Below are positions 1 through 11,100 of a stretch of DNA of 26,575 nucleotides, piece after piece; position 1 is the stretch's first letter, and each line of letters starts with the position of its first letter. The notes below the pieces were generated by a model. That model saw only the letters and a list, made by a program, of their open reading frames with translations. It did no database searches and was not told the DNA's origin. Source of the stretch: a virus (Duplodnaviria > Caudoviricetes); the IMG/VR virus record IMGVR_UViG_3300008110_001074, positions 1-26,575 of that record, one strand, 5' to 3'. The position numbers and the translations under genes were made by a program.

Positions 1-1
1 A

Positions 2-3000
2 GGCAAAAGTCGTCAATCCGCAAATCTAACTTCTAAGAACAACATCTTTGTAGATGCGGTTGCCGATAATACTGGCATAGGAACTACAAGTCCCAAAAGT
101 AAATTAGATGTTGTTGGGAATGCAAGAATTTCTGGCATTTTGACAGTCGGAGTATCATCATCTGTTACTATTGATGGTAATGCTGGAATTGTAAGTGCTA
201 CTAAACTATATGCTGCCGGTATTGACGTATCATCCTTTATTGCTGGTGCGGGTTATGCTAATACTTCAGGTATTGCTACTGTTGCTCTAGGGATTGTTAC
301 GACTGCAAATATTAATACAATAGGAATTATAACTGCTTCTAATTTTGTTGGTAGTGGTGCTAGTTTAAGTGGAATTTTCATCAACCAATTAGAAGATGTA
401 GATATTATAGAAGGAACTATCAGTGATGGTCGCGCCTTAATTAATGTAAATGGTAAATGGAAAACCGGTCCTATCATTGGAGGATATGAATATTTTTCGG
501 GTAATGACCCGTATATTGGTAATGTAAGCATTGCTTTACCTTATGATACAGATTTCTTAGATAAAAGTGGTAATTTTGATCAAATTACTTCTATATTATC
601 TGTAACACAAAGTGGTACACCTACTATTACTACAAGTACTAAAAAATATGGAGCAGGTGCTTTATCTTTAAATGGTACTAGTTATTTAAATTATACTACA
701 TTAACTAATCAATCAGACTTTAATATTGGAACTGGTGATTTCACATTTGAATTATGGGCTAGAGATACTAAGGGTTTTAGTGCTCGTGGTCTTTGCCTTT
801 TCCACGGTATTGAAATAGTAGTTGATTCTGGAAATAATCTTAGTATACAACTAGGTAGTAGTAACTTTAGTGTCAGTAGTACCTTCTTTAATATTATTAA
901 TAATTGGGTGTATATTGCCATAACTAGGCAGAGTGGTACGGTAAGATTTTTTACTGATGGAGTATTGCGTAGTACACATACGGGAAATACTTCAAACATA
1001 TCGTATGGTACTGGGTGGATAGGGAGGGCTAATCCGTCTTCTCCTTATAACTGGACAGGACAAATTGATGATGTTCGTTATACAAAGGGAATTGCCAGAT
1101 ATACTTCTACTTTTTCTCCTCCATCTGCGGCTATTTTAGGAGATTATATTTCTCTTCCATACTCTATTAATAATTTGGACGATGTTGATACATCTAGTAA
1201 TGCACCAGTTACTGGACAATCACTTGTTTGGAATCAATCTACTAGTAAATGGGAACCAGGATATACCGGACTAACGACAACTGCAAGTGTCAATACAACG
1301 GGTATTGTAACAGCATCATCATTTGTTGGTGTTGGTTCTGGACTCACTGGAGTTATTGGTGTATCGACTCAGTGGATTACTACATCAGTAGGAATTCACA
1401 CACTATCTAATGTTGGTATAGGAACTACAAATCCAACTTCAAGACTTGATGTTCGTGGTGATATTATTGTTTCTGGTGTAGTGACGGCATCATCATTCGT
1501 CGGCAACTTAACCGGAACTGCAACGACTGCTACTACATTAACAAGCGATGTTAGTGTTAATACTAGTGGTATTGTAACAGCAACAAAGTTTGTTGGTGAT
1601 GGTTCTGGTCTGAGTGGTATCATTGCTGCCAGTAGTGGTGGAATATCACTTCAAAATGATAATAGTCCTGTAGGAACTGCCGGAACTATTAATTTTGATA
1701 ATAATTTTGACCTTGAAATCTCCGGAGGAATTGCAACAGTTACTATTGTATCTGCTCCGGGTCTTACCACAACCGCAAGCGTTAATACCACAGGTATTAT
1801 TACGGCATCTAATTTTTCTGGGAATTTTACAGGAACTTTTGTTGGTAGTGGTTCTAGTCTAACCGGAGTTGTTGGGTTATCAACTCAATGGATCACTACA
1901 TCGGCAGGAATTCATACACTATCTAAAGTTGGCATAGGAACCACAAATCCAGTCTCAAATCTAGAAGTTTTTGGGACAGTGAGTGTTGCCGGAACTTCTG
2001 GCCAACTATTTTCAGTAGTCGATAGTTTGGCAACAGGAAGTATCTTCAGTGTCAATGATATTAGTGGAATTCCAAGTATAGATGTTGATGCTGATGGGTC
2101 TATTGAACTAGCACCTTTTAATGGTGATGTTGGAATTGGAACCACACGAGCAAGAGCAAGATTGGATGTTCTTGGTAGCGTATTGGTAACTAATATTTCT
2201 GCAGGTATTGTTACGGCAACAACGTTCTCCGGCAACATCGTAACTCGTGTGAATGGGAGTGTTGGTATTGTATCAGTAGGAATTGTCAGTATGTCTGACT
2301 TCCAGTATCAACCACAAGGAGTTGTGACATTAAGTGATAGATGGGATTCTTATAATGCAATTAACTCTAGTGGTGGATGGGATATTTCAACAAATAATTC
2401 ATTACCAACAATCAGATTGAACTGGGTTCCATCTGTTTCTCAAAATGGAACTAGTGGAACTACTTGGAGAACCAATTTCTTAGATAAAGTTAAGACAGGG
2501 GATTTGGTTCAGTGGAGTAAAGATGGAATTAACTGGAACTCTTTTATACAACCATTTGATTCTTATTCACCAGGAAGCAATTCTGTTGCATTTTATGCTG
2601 GTGCTTCCGTTCCTACTGGTGGCTCAATGTATGTTCGGTACATTACCACAAGAGCAACAGGAGTTCAGGCACTTCAAAACGGACAAATTTTACAGTATGA
2701 TTCTGCATATACAAAATGGATGCCATTTGGACCTTATGCAAACTGGGAATCAACATCTGCAGGAATTAACACCCTAAGAAGCGTTGGTATAGGGACCACA
2801 AATCCGCTAGGTATATTACACATTTCTTCAACCGGTGTCACAAAGTTAATTATTGAAGCAGATTCTGATAATGTTAATGAGGCAGATAATCCTTTCATTA
2901 TTTTCAGACAAGATGGTGGTCTAGAAGAGTCTGCTATTTGGAAAGGTAACACTGTTGGAACTAATGATAATTCTTTAAATATTGCAAATACATCGACAGT

Positions 3001-3913
3001 TGGTGCGGGCGGAATTAGATTTTTAACCCAGGTAGCCATTGGATATACTAATGCCGTTGAAAGAATGGCAATTACAAATCCGGGTGATGTTGGAATAGGA
3101 ACCACGAATCCAACCGCAAGACTTGATGTTCTGGGTAATGTTATTATTTCTGGAATAGTTACGGCATCATCATTTATTGGAACCACATTTAGTGGAACTA
3201 CATTTGTCGGAAATCTAACAGGAACAGCAACTACTGCAATTAATTTAACAAGTGATACGAGTGTCAATACGACTGGTGTTATAACCGCAACAAAATTTGT
3301 CGGTGATGGTTCTGGGCTCACCGGAATTGTTGCGACAAGTAGTGGAGGTATTTTCTTACAAAATAATGATATTAATATTGGGGCGGCATCAACAATTAAC
3401 TTTAGTAGTAATTTTGTTGTCGAAACTTCTGGTGGAATTGGAACTGTTGGTATTAATACTGCAAGCACAATAACTGCAGCGGCATTTGTTGGTGATGGTT
3501 CTGGACTTACAAATGTTTCTGGTGGTGGAGGAGCATCTTCAAGAACCATTGTTTCTGGTATTACTACTGCACTGGTAGTAAATGGTATTGGTAACACTGA
3601 GATAGCTGGATTTAAGACTTATGGGGTATTAAAAGTTGGCGTATCTAGTGCCGCTTGGGTGCGCCTATATACTGATAGCACTTCTAGGTCTAATGATGCA
3701 TCTAGGTCAATTGAGGTAGACCCGATTACCGGAAGCGGGGTTATTGCTGAAGTTGCAACTGCCGGTATTGCCACCGTAAAAATGACTCCCTTTATTGTTG
3801 GATTTAATGATGATGACCCAGTTACGACTACAATCTACGTAGCAGTTAAAAACTTAACCGGAATTACAACTAGCATTTCAGTCAATTTAACAATCTTAAA
3901 GATGGAGGAATAA
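2..3913 (+). CDS. Large mosaic tail/virion fibre protein (5' truncated) with a LamG/concanavalin-A-like domain and a C-terminal adaptor domain
   Basis: The frame is open from base 2 (GKSRQSANLTSKNNIFVD...GIGTTSPKSKLDV), so the true start is upstream of the window rather than the TTG at 140. It has many fibre shaft motifs (VGIGTTNP, [16 protein letters not shown], W.TTSAGIHT), a LamG-like block, and a C-terminal FKTYGVLK..AWVRLYTD..SR..D domain. Confidence 0.85.
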   Translation, partial: GKSRQSANLTSKNNIFVDAVADNTGIGTTSPKSKLDVVGNARISGILTVGVSSSVTIDGNAGIVSATKLYAAGIDVSSFIAGAGYANTSGIATVALGIVTTANINTIGIITASNFVGSGASLSGIFINQLEDVDIIEGTISDGRALINVNGKWKTGPIIGGYEYFSGNDPYIGNVSIALPYDTDFLDKSGNFDQITSILSVTQSGTPTITTSTKKYGAGALSLNGTSYLNYTTLTNQSDFNIGTGDFTFELWARDTKGFSARGLCLFHGIEIVVDSGNNLSIQLGSSNFSVSSTFFNIINNWVYIAITRQSGTVRFFTDGVLRSTHTGNTSNISYGTGWIGRANPSSPYNWTGQIDDVRYTKGIARYTSTFSPPSAAILGDYISLPYSINNLDDVDTSSNAPVTGQSLVWNQSTSKWEPGYTGLTTTASVNTTGIVTASSFVGVGSGLTGVIGVSTQWITTSVGIHTLSNVGIGTTNPTSRLDVRGDIIVSGVVTASSFVGNLTGTATTATTLTSDVSVNTSGIVTATKFVGDGSGLSGIIAASSGGISLQNDNSPVGTAGTINFDNNFDLEISGGIATVTIVSAPGLTTTASVNTTGIITASNFSGNFTGTFVGSGSSLTGVVGLSTQWITTSAGIHTLSKVGIGTTNPVSNLEVFGTVSVAGTSGQLFSVVDSLATGSIFSVNDISGIPSIDVDADGSIELAPFNGDVGIGTTRARARLDVLGSVLVTNISAGIVTATTFSGNIVTRVNGSVGIVSVGIVSMSDFQYQPQGVVTLSDRWDSYNAINSSGGWDISTNNSLPTIRLNWVPSVSQNGTSGTTWRTNFLDKVKTGDLVQWSKDGINWNSFIQPFDSYSPGSNSVAFYAGASVPTGGSMYVRYITTRATGVQALQNGQILQYDSAYTKWMPFGPYANWESTSAGINTLRSVGIGTTNPLGILHISSTGVTKLIIEADSDNVNEADNPFIIFRQDGGLEESAIWKGNTVGTNDNSLNIANTSTVGAGGIRFLTQVAIGYTNAVERMAITNPGDVGIGTTNPTARLDVLGNVIISGIVTASSFIGTTFSGTTFVGNLTGTATTAINLTSDTSVNTTGVITATKFVGDGSGLTGIVATSSGGIFLQNNDINIGAASTINFSSNFVVETSGGIGTVGINTASTITAAAFVGDGSGLTNVSGGGGASSRTIVSGITTALVVNGIGNTEIAGFKTYGVLKVGVSSAAWVRLYTDSTSRSNDASRSIEVDPITGSGVIAEVATAGIATVKMTPFIVGFNDDDPVTTTIYVAVKNLTGITTSISVNLTILKMEE
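500..1135 (+). other. LamG/concanavalin A-like lectin domain within the first fibre
   Basis: Motifs DPYxxNVS, KKYGAGALSLNG, GTGDFTFELW, NNWVYIAITRQSGTVRFFTDG and GQIDDVRYTKGIARYTSTFSPP are typical of phage Laminin_G_3 domains. Confidence 0.8.
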
Positions 3914-3914
3914 T

Positions 3915-4946
3915 ATGGCAGTAACTAAAGTTGCATACACTTTAAACCCAACTTGGACTACGGCACAACACGCAGATTTAGTTCGTGATGCCTTTATTGA
4001 TGCCGGTTTGATGACTGCTTGGTACGATAGTTTCTTGTCTGGAACTATGGAAAATAGAATTCTTGAAGTTCAATATGATGCAGCAAAAACTTATGGAAGA
4101 ACTTATTACTGGTTTATATTTACTGGTGGGCAAATGTATATGGCTCTTGCCACCGGATGGAATGCCGTAACTCACGTTCCAACAGGGACTCAGTATCTAG
4201 ATTTTTATGCAACAACAACTAATGCGGTAACCAATCATAGACTAATTACTAGTTGGACAACAACAACAAATTTAGTTATTACTAGATATACAAGTCAGAC
4301 TAATTCATCATTTAGTTGGTTTGTAATTAGAAACGGAACTTCCAGTACAACTAATTTCCATATTTCGAATGCTGCCGTAGGTTCCAAAATATCAACTTGG
4401 TATGATTTAAATAAAGTATTTTTCCATCACTATTTAATTGCAAATTTAAGTACTAATGGTACAATGGGGATAATTAGATTTAATCAGTATTATATGTTAA
4501 GAAGGTCATACCATCCATGGGGATTGGCAAATAGAGATAGTACAACACTTAGTGGATATAATGGAACGCAAACAGACTTTGCAGTACAAACATACGGTGC
4601 AGTTGGAAATTTCAGTGGCAGTAGAACCACAAATCTTGTAGCTGCAGATAGTTATTCCGTATGGGCTGATTCTCCAAAATATCTTCCAGTTGCATTTTCC
4701 AATGTAAATCCGACATATGCAACTAACGTAACTCCGGTATTTACTGGAGCTCAATATAGTGATTTTCTATTTGAATCTATTCCAGAAGACTTTGGTTTAT
4801 CTATGCACTATGCAAACAATACAATGGCAGTTCAGGATACTCTAGTAGTTTCTGCCGGGGTTGAAGAATGGGAAATGATTAACGTTGCGAATAATGGCAC
4901 TATAACTACAGGGGCTTCTCCAATGTTCTTGGCAAGGACTGTTTAA
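3915..4946 (+). CDS. Virion structural protein, putative fibre-tip partner/receptor-binding protein (paralog of 21649..23136)
   Basis: 343 aa, aromatic/Thr/Asn rich, coupled to the upstream fibre (GGAGG..TAATATG). It shares motifs with the 495-aa protein. Confidence 0.7.
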   Translation: MAVTKVAYTLNPTWTTAQHADLVRDAFIDAGLMTAWYDSFLSGTMENRILEVQYDAAKTYGRTYYWFIFTGGQMYMALATGWNAVTHVPTGTQYLDFYATTTNAVTNHRLITSWTTTTNLVITRYTSQTNSSFSWFVIRNGTSSTTNFHISNAAVGSKISTWYDLNKVFFHHYLIANLSTNGTMGIIRFNQYYMLRRSYHPWGLANRDSTTLSGYNGTQTDFAVQTYGAVGNFSGSRTTNLVAADSYSVWADSPKYLPVAFSNVNPTYATNVTPVFTGAQYSDFLFESIPEDFGLSMHYANNTMAVQDTLVVSAGVEEWEMINVANNGTITTGASPMFLARTV

Positions 4947-4947
4947 T

Positions 4948-5169
4948 ATGGCATCATTTAATCAAAGTCCTCTAGGACAAACTACTGTTGGACTAGCATA
5001 TTCCACATCAACGCTTGGTATTGGAACCATAAATCCAACAGAATTCCTTACTATTTACGTTAAATTTAATTATGCCGGGTCAATTTTTCTATCTCCAGAT
5101 ACAACTATTGATAATATTGCACTACCACTTGATTTACGTCCAACAGTCGGACTACTTTATCCACGCTAA
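4948..5169 (+). CDS. Small hypothetical virion-associated protein, 'YPR-tail' family
   Basis: 73 aa, TAATATG coupling, MASFN start, ends RPTVGLLYPR. It resembles 25492..25824 and the ends of 23138..25492. Confidence 0.7.
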   Translation: MASFNQSPLGQTTVGLAYSTSTLGIGTINPTEFLTIYVKFNYAGSIFLSPDTTIDNIALPLDLRPTVGLLYPR

Positions 5170-5177
5170 CATAAATA
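5170..5177 (+). promoter_or_regulatory. T4-like late promoter (CATAAATA)
   Basis: One mismatch to the TATAAATA gp55 consensus, in the short intergenic gap 16 nt before the ATG at 5194. Confidence 0.65.
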
Positions 5178-5193
5178 ACTAAAAAGTATTATA

Positions 5194-8100
5194 ATGCCTA
5201 CACAAGTTCAGTTTAGAAGAGGAAACGAAGGTCAAAATAATAACTTCAAAGGTGCTGCTGGAGAAATCTCCATCAATACCGATACTAATTCTGTTCGTGT
5301 TCATAATGGTATTACCACGGGTGGTTTTGAACTAGCAAGAGATGACCTATCCAACGTAGGAAATGCCAGTATCTCAGGTATTCTTACCGCAACACAATTT
5401 GTTGGCGATGGTTCCGGACTCACTAACCTAGTTGCCACAGGAGTCGGAGTCGAGATACGAGATAATATCTCTGTTGTTGGAACTGCCGCAACAATTGACT
5501 TTGGTGATAATTTAGTAGTATCTCTTGCCGCAGGGGTCGCAACAGTTACTGCACTGAATACATCTAAATGGGAAGCAAGTCCATCTGGTATTGTTACTAC
5601 ATCAAACGTTGGTATAGGGACCACAGACCCACAATATGCTCTGCACGTTATCGGTGATGTAAGAATTACGGGAATTCTTACTATTGGTAATTCATCGGTT
5701 ACTATTGATGGTAATACGAATACGATTAATATTGGAACTGGAGTCACTGTTTATGGAAACACTGGTATTGTAAGTGCCAGTGCTCTTTATGTTAATGGTG
5801 CAAATATTTCTAATTCTTCTGGTTATGCATCTACCGCAGGTATTGCAACATATGCAACTTCTAGTGGTATTGCTACTTATGCATCAACCGCAGGAGTATC
5901 CACAACTCTTACAGCGACCTCAAGTGTCAATACAACTGGTATTATAACCGCAAGTAAGTTTGTCGGTGATGGTTCTGGAGTCACCGGAGTTATTGGTGTA
6001 TCTACCCAGTGGATTACAACATCTGCAGGAATTCATACTCTGGGTAATGTGGGCGTAGGAACCACAAATCCAAAAACAAGATTGGAAATTAATGGAGTTT
6101 TAGGATTTTCTACTGTTAATCGAAATATAAGAATTGGTGATAATACCACTGGAACTAATTTAACTACTGGGTCTGATAATATTTTTATAGGTTCTGGAGT
6201 AGGAAATTCTGCTATAACTGGATATCATAATGTTTCCATAGGGCATCAATCTGGATATTTGGGTGTTACGACAACTACTGTAGGAAATACTTATGGGTTA
6301 CATACTCCAGGAGTTCTTGTTATTCCCTCTCAAGCAAATCAAACATATGTTCTTACAAATCGAAGTGGCAATCTAAGTGGAACCGGATTTGGAATTACAT
6401 TATATAGAAACTCTTTTGGATCAATAAATTCTTGGTCATTAAATAATGGTGGATCTGGGTTTGTTGCATATGAAAGAATTACAATTCCTGGAAATTTAAT
6501 AGGTGGATCAACACCAACAAATGACATAACAATTACAGTACAAACAGTTTCTTCTACAGTAGTTCAATCAATTTTTGCTCCTGGTGTAAGCGTTATACAA
6601 TCTCAAGCAAATCAAAGTTATTCACTAACAAATTTAAGTGGCAATATAAGTGGAACTGGATTTGGAATTAATATTACTAGAAATTCTTTAGGAGAAGCAT
6701 CTTGGACTTTTACTTCGAAGGGAATTAATTTTGTAGAAAATGAAGTAATTGCTATTCCAGGAACTTCCGTAGGAGGATCTAGTCCTTCAGATGATATAAA
6801 ACTACTAGTTGTTTTAGATAATTTTGATTCAAACCGCAGCACTAGAATTGGATACAAGGCAGGATATACATTTGGGGGAAATAAAAATAACTTCTTTGGT
6901 GCTTTCGCTGGATATTCTAATTATAGTGGAAATTATAATAACTTCTTTGGTGCTTATTCTGGATGCAACAACACATCTGGAAAACAGAATACTTTTATTG
7001 GTAAATGTTCTGGTTATTACAATACCACGGGAAATTGGAATGTCATTATAGGAGAAGAAGCAGGATTTTGTAATACTACTGGACCAGAAAACACTATAGT
7101 TGGTTCTTGGGCAGGATTTTATAATACTACTGGTGGATATAATTCGTTCTTTGGATCTGGGTCTGGTCACTATAATCAAACTGGTTGCTTCAATACTTTC
7201 TTAGGAAATTATACTGGATTATCGACTTCAGCATCTTATAAAGTTGTTATTGGATCTGGTGAATTCTGGGGTAACAATTTTGATTCTCCAGATATCACTA
7301 AAGATAAGCAATTGGCGATTGGTGTAAGAACTGATGCTAATCCTGCAGAATACTGGTTAGTCGGTGACGAGAACTTTAACATTGGTATTGGAACCATAAC
7401 CCCGACATCAAAACTCCAAGTAGGAGGAACAGTAACCGCAACGGCATTTGTTGGTGATGGTTCTGGACTGACAGGCATAGTTGGAACTGGATCTGGAGTA
7501 GAAGTTAGAGATAATGGTTCTGTAGTTGGGACAGCATCCACAATTGATTTTGGTGATAACTTAACTGTAACATTCAGTGCAGGCATTATGACCGTTACTG
7601 GTCCTTCTCCCTCAGGATCAGGATCTGATTTTGTAAGGACTAGTGCTGGTATTCATACTTTGGGTAATGTTGGTGTCGGAACCACTAATCCAAGAACAGC
7701 ACTCACCGTCAATGGAATTATTAGTTTCAGTAATACTAACGTAAGAATCGGTGGAACTGATACTGGTTCCAAAGTAACTACAAGCCTTAATAATGTTTTC
7801 ATAGGAGTAGGAGCTGGTAATAGTATTTCAGATGCTGGTGCTGGTGGATATAATATTTTTATTGGTGAGTCTGCTGGAGGTAATGCTACTGGTGGTTATG
7901 ATAATATTTTTATGAATGATTCTGCTGGTTTTAATAATACTACAGGGTCTTCAAACAACTTCTTAGGTTATTATGCAGGACGTTACAACACCACGGGACA
8001 GTTCAATAACTTCTTAGGTCTTTATGCGGGAAGAGGAAACACCACGGGTAGTGATAATAACTTCTTAGGTGATCGTGCAGGAAGAGATAACACTACTGGA

Positions 8101-10179
8101 GTTTCCAACAATTTCTTTGGGTCATATGCGGGGAATAGTAACACCACTGGATATAATAATAACTTCCTAGGTTGTTCTGTAGGATATGCAAACACTTCTG
8201 GGCACGATAATAATTTCTTTGGTGCTCTGGCCGGTAAATGTAATACTACTGGAAATTGGAATAACTTTTTAGGTGGTTGTGCGGGAGAATGTAATACTAC
8301 AGGTTGTTTTAATAACTTTTTTGGTTCTTGGGCGGGATTTTGCAATACCACAGGACAATATAATTCTTTCTTTGGAAATGGTGCCGGTAATTATAATCAA
8401 ACTGGTTCATATAACACTTTCTTAGGAACTTATACAGGTCTTTCGGCATCAGCATCTTATAAAGTTGTTATTGGATCTGGTAAAAATTGGGGAAATAATT
8501 TTGATTCTCCAGACATCACTAAAGATAATCAACTAGCGATTGGCATAAGAACATCATCTGCTCCTGCAGAATACTGGTTAGTAGGTAATGAAAACTTTAA
8601 CATCGGTATTGGAACCACAAATCCCACCACAAAACTACAAGTAGGAGGAACCGTAACCGCCACGGCATTCGTTGGTGATGGTTCTGGACTCACCAATCTG
8701 CCTGCTGGACCTGCCGGAACATCAGACTTCGTAAGAACTAGTGCCGGTATTCATACACTAGGTAATGTTGGTGTAGGAACCACTAATCCAAAAGTAAAAC
8801 TACAAATCAACGGAACTCTAGGATTTGAAGTTTATAATGCTACTGGGATATATACTGGTACTAATATTCTAATTGGAGATATAACAACTGGTTCTAATCT
8901 ACTTCCAGATTCAAGTGGATATGGGTTGAATAATATCTTTATGGGTATTGGTGCCGGTAATAGCACAACCACCGGGTATTATAACAACTTCTTTGGTGCT
9001 TTTACAGGACAATCCAACACCGTTGGATTTAGTAATAACTTCTTAGGTTATCGAGCAGGATACTCCAACACCGATGGAAGTTGTAATAATTTCTTAGGTT
9101 TTTATGCAGGATACTGCAGCACCGCAGGATATGATAATAACTTCTTTGGTCATAATGCAGGATTCTACAACACCACTGGAAGTTATAATAACTTCTTTGG
9201 TAAAAATGCAGGACTCTGCAACACCACTGGAAGTGATAATAACTTCTTAGGTAGGACTGCAGGATACTGCAACACTACTGGAAACAATAATATCTTTTTA
9301 GGTGTAGAAGCAGGATATTTAAACACCACTGGAAGTAATAATAACTTCTTAGGTTATTTTGCAGGAAAATTGAACACCACTGGATGTCAGAATACTTATA
9401 TTGGTCATCAGTCTGGAACTTATGCAGAAACTGGATGTTTCAATACTTTCTTAGGTTCTTACTCTGGAACAATTGTTTCTGCAGCATCCAGTATTATAGC
9501 AATTGGTCATGCTGCAGGATATAATGCATCCGTTGGAACAAGAAATACTTTCCTTGGTTCCTATAGTGGTATGAGTGTAGATGCTGGAAGTAATAGCATT
9601 TATATTGGTGGATTTAGTGGATTAGGAACTGGATCTTATAAGGTTGTAATTGGTGAGGGTGGAAATAAATGGGGCAATCCAAATACTGAGCTATTTGACA
9701 CACCATATCCAAATAAAAATTTCCAATTAGCAGTTGGTGTAAGAACTGATGCTAATCCTTCCAAATATTGGTTAGTAGGTGATGAGAACTTTAACATCGG
9801 TATTGGAACCACAAACCCATCCGAGAAACTATCAGTCACTGGAAATATTGCCCTGAATCAGACTACGGTTTATGGTTCGGTTCAGGCATCAACGGCATCC
9901 ACAAGTGTAACTGGAATTCATTCTGGTCTTTCTACTTCTGTTTATCGCTCAGTTGAATACACAATTCAGGCAACCAGTGGAACGAATTATCAGGCAATTA
10001 AGATTCTTGCCATTCACGATGGAACAACCGCATATGATACTCAGTATGGTAACATATATAATACTGAGGTCGCAACATTTGATGTTGACATTTCGGCAGG
10101 AAATGTTAGACTGGTAGCAGCAGCATCATCAACTTCAACCACGAATTATACTGTCAACTTTATCGCAACTAAAATATAA
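5194..10179 (+). CDS. Tail fibre/adhesin with Mtd_N-like N-terminal anchor and three YadA-like beta-roll stacks
   Basis: The N-terminus [10 protein letters not shown]...[17 protein letters not shown] resembles the major tropism determinant N-terminal domain. It has many 14-aa NTTGxxNNFxGxxAG repeats and a C-terminal YRSVEYTIQ...[11 protein letters not shown] domain. Confidence 0.85.
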   Translation: MPTQVQFRRGNEGQNNNFKGAAGEISINTDTNSVRVHNGITTGGFELARDDLSNVGNASISGILTATQFVGDGSGLTNLVATGVGVEIRDNISVVGTAATIDFGDNLVVSLAAGVATVTALNTSKWEASPSGIVTTSNVGIGTTDPQYALHVIGDVRITGILTIGNSSVTIDGNTNTINIGTGVTVYGNTGIVSASALYVNGANISNSSGYASTAGIATYATSSGIATYASTAGVSTTLTATSSVNTTGIITASKFVGDGSGVTGVIGVSTQWITTSAGIHTLGNVGVGTTNPKTRLEINGVLGFSTVNRNIRIGDNTTGTNLTTGSDNIFIGSGVGNSAITGYHNVSIGHQSGYLGVTTTTVGNTYGLHTPGVLVIPSQANQTYVLTNRSGNLSGTGFGITLYRNSFGSINSWSLNNGGSGFVAYERITIPGNLIGGSTPTNDITITVQTVSSTVVQSIFAPGVSVIQSQANQSYSLTNLSGNISGTGFGINITRNSLGEASWTFTSKGINFVENEVIAIPGTSVGGSSPSDDIKLLVVLDNFDSNRSTRIGYKAGYTFGGNKNNFFGAFAGYSNYSGNYNNFFGAYSGCNNTSGKQNTFIGKCSGYYNTTGNWNVIIGEEAGFCNTTGPENTIVGSWAGFYNTTGGYNSFFGSGSGHYNQTGCFNTFLGNYTGLSTSASYKVVIGSGEFWGNNFDSPDITKDKQLAIGVRTDANPAEYWLVGDENFNIGIGTITPTSKLQVGGTVTATAFVGDGSGLTGIVGTGSGVEVRDNGSVVGTASTIDFGDNLTVTFSAGIMTVTGPSPSGSGSDFVRTSAGIHTLGNVGVGTTNPRTALTVNGIISFSNTNVRIGGTDTGSKVTTSLNNVFIGVGAGNSISDAGAGGYNIFIGESAGGNATGGYDNIFMNDSAGFNNTTGSSNNFLGYYAGRYNTTGQFNNFLGLYAGRGNTTGSDNNFLGDRAGRDNTTGVSNNFFGSYAGNSNTTGYNNNFLGCSVGYANTSGHDNNFFGALAGKCNTTGNWNNFLGGCAGECNTTGCFNNFFGSWAGFCNTTGQYNSFFGNGAGNYNQTGSYNTFLGTYTGLSASASYKVVIGSGKNWGNNFDSPDITKDNQLAIGIRTSSAPAEYWLVGNENFNIGIGTTNPTTKLQVGGTVTATAFVGDGSGLTNLPAGPAGTSDFVRTSAGIHTLGNVGVGTTNPKVKLQINGTLGFEVYNATGIYTGTNILIGDITTGSNLLPDSSGYGLNNIFMGIGAGNSTTTGYYNNFFGAFTGQSNTVGFSNNFLGYRAGYSNTDGSCNNFLGFYAGYCSTAGYDNNFFGHNAGFYNTTGSYNNFFGKNAGLCNTTGSDNNFLGRTAGYCNTTGNNNIFLGVEAGYLNTTGSNNNFLGYFAGKLNTTGCQNTYIGHQSGTYAETGCFNTFLGSYSGTIVSAASSIIAIGHAAGYNASVGTRNTFLGSYSGMSVDAGSNSIYIGGFSGLGTGSYKVVIGEGGNKWGNPNTELFDTPYPNKNFQLAVGVRTDANPSKYWLVGDENFNIGIGTTNPSEKLSVTGNIALNQTTVYGSVQASTASTSVTGIHSGLSTSVYRSVEYTIQATSGTNYQAIKILAIHDGTTAYDTQYGNIYNTEVATFDVDISAGNVRLVAAASSTSTTNYTVNFIATKI
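6835..9660 (+). repeat. Three arrays of degenerate 42-bp (14-aa) tandem repeats, YadA/Hep_Hag-like beta-roll
   Basis: Arrays at about 6835-7255, 7735-8478 and 8860-9660, with consensus xNTTGxxNNF(F/L)GxxAG. Confidence 0.85.
7300..7469 (+). repeat. Dispersed 'neck' module repeat shared between two fibre genes
   Basis: [32 protein letters not shown]...[20 protein letters not shown]. Close DNA copies lie at 15635-15804 and ~8521-8690, with further copies near 9715, 17095 and 17635. Confidence 0.85.
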
Positions 10180-10186
10180 TTAAACT

Positions 10187-11089
10187 ATGACTGAAAAAAA
10201 TAAGATTAAGGGTGGATTCTTTTCTGCCACCAATGAACCTAATGCCCCAAAAACATTCTACTTTATGGCAGGACTCCCAAGGTCGGGTAGCTCTGCTCTA
10301 TCGGCAATTCTTAATCAAAATCCTAGATTTTATTCTGGACCTTCCAGTCCCGTCCTTTCTACGATGTTTGCAATTGAGAATCATCTGCAGAATGATGAAC
10401 TATTTTTTGGTTATCCAAAACCGCAACAAGCGGATATGATGATCTCTTCGGTTATTCATCAATTTTATAGTGATGTTGATAAACCCGTAGTATTTGATAA
10501 GAATCGTGCCTGGACTGCACGAGTTCCTTATATTGAAGGATACGTTCGTCAACAGGCAAAGATTCTTGTTCCTGTTCGTGATATTGAAGAAATTCTAACT
10601 TCAATGATTATGATGATTCGTCGTAATCCATATAAGGAAGGGCAACCAAGAATTAATTTTGTTGATGAGCAATTGGTTAAGCAAAATATTCCCATTAATG
10701 ATGATAATCGTTGTGAATTTATTGCCGGTTCTCAGGGTATTCTTGGACAATCGCTCAATGCCGTGATGGAAGCATTCCGTCAGGAGTTTGGTGATAGACT
10801 TTATTTTGTTGAGTATAAGGATCTTGTAAATACTCCAGAAGAAACTCTTCGTGGAATTTATGATTTTCTTGGTGAAGAATATTATGAACACACTTTTGAT
10901 AATCTAGAAAATCAAAATCGGGAACGAGATATTATTACTTATGGTCTTTCCGATATGCACGAAGTTCGTCCGGAACTAAAGGCAACCTCACCAGATCCAT
11001 CCGAAGTTCTTTCTAAGGAAATTTTAGAAAAATGTAAGGGTATGGATTTTTGGAGACAGAAACCATCCGGTCTAAATATTGTTAATTAA
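10187..11089 (+). CDS. PAPS-dependent sulfotransferase (Sulfotransfer_3/TPST-like)
   Basis: 5'-PSB loop FMAGLPRSGSSALSAILNQNP, 3'-PB motif VPVRDIEEILTS, and the typical YFVEYKDLVNTPEETLRGIYDFLG. Confidence 0.88.
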   Translation: MTEKNKIKGGFFSATNEPNAPKTFYFMAGLPRSGSSALSAILNQNPRFYSGPSSPVLSTMFAIENHLQNDELFFGYPKPQQADMMISSVIHQFYSDVDKPVVFDKNRAWTARVPYIEGYVRQQAKILVPVRDIEEILTSMIMMIRRNPYKEGQPRINFVDEQLVKQNIPINDDNRCEFIAGSQGILGQSLNAVMEAFRQEFGDRLYFVEYKDLVNTPEETLRGIYDFLGEEYYEHTFDNLENQNRERDIITYGLSDMHEVRPELKATSPDPSEVLSKEILEKCKGMDFWRQKPSGLNIVN

Positions 11090-11093
11090 GGAG
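11072..11093 (+). promoter_or_regulatory. Possible late promoter variant (CTAAATA) plus strong Shine-Dalgarno (TAAGGAG) for the 87-aa gene
   Basis: CTAAATA at 11072-11078 and TAAGGAG at 11087-11093, 7 nt before the ATG at 11101. Confidence 0.5.
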
Positions 11094-11100
11094 ATTAAAA

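Noticed and set aside
140-142. TTG at 140 as the start of the first gene
   Set aside because: The frame is open and fibre-like from base 2, so the start lies upstream of the window.
2734-3597. 287-aa minus-strand ORF and the other antisense ORFs in the track
   Set aside because: They are shadows of Gly/Thr/Val-rich repetitive plus-strand genes, reproduce the same antisense motifs (PEPSPTN, VVPIPT), and have no expression signals.
7735-9660. CRISPR-like array from the 42-bp periodicity
   Set aside because: The repeats are degenerate at third codon positions, in frame within a CDS, have no unique spacers, and there are no cas genes.
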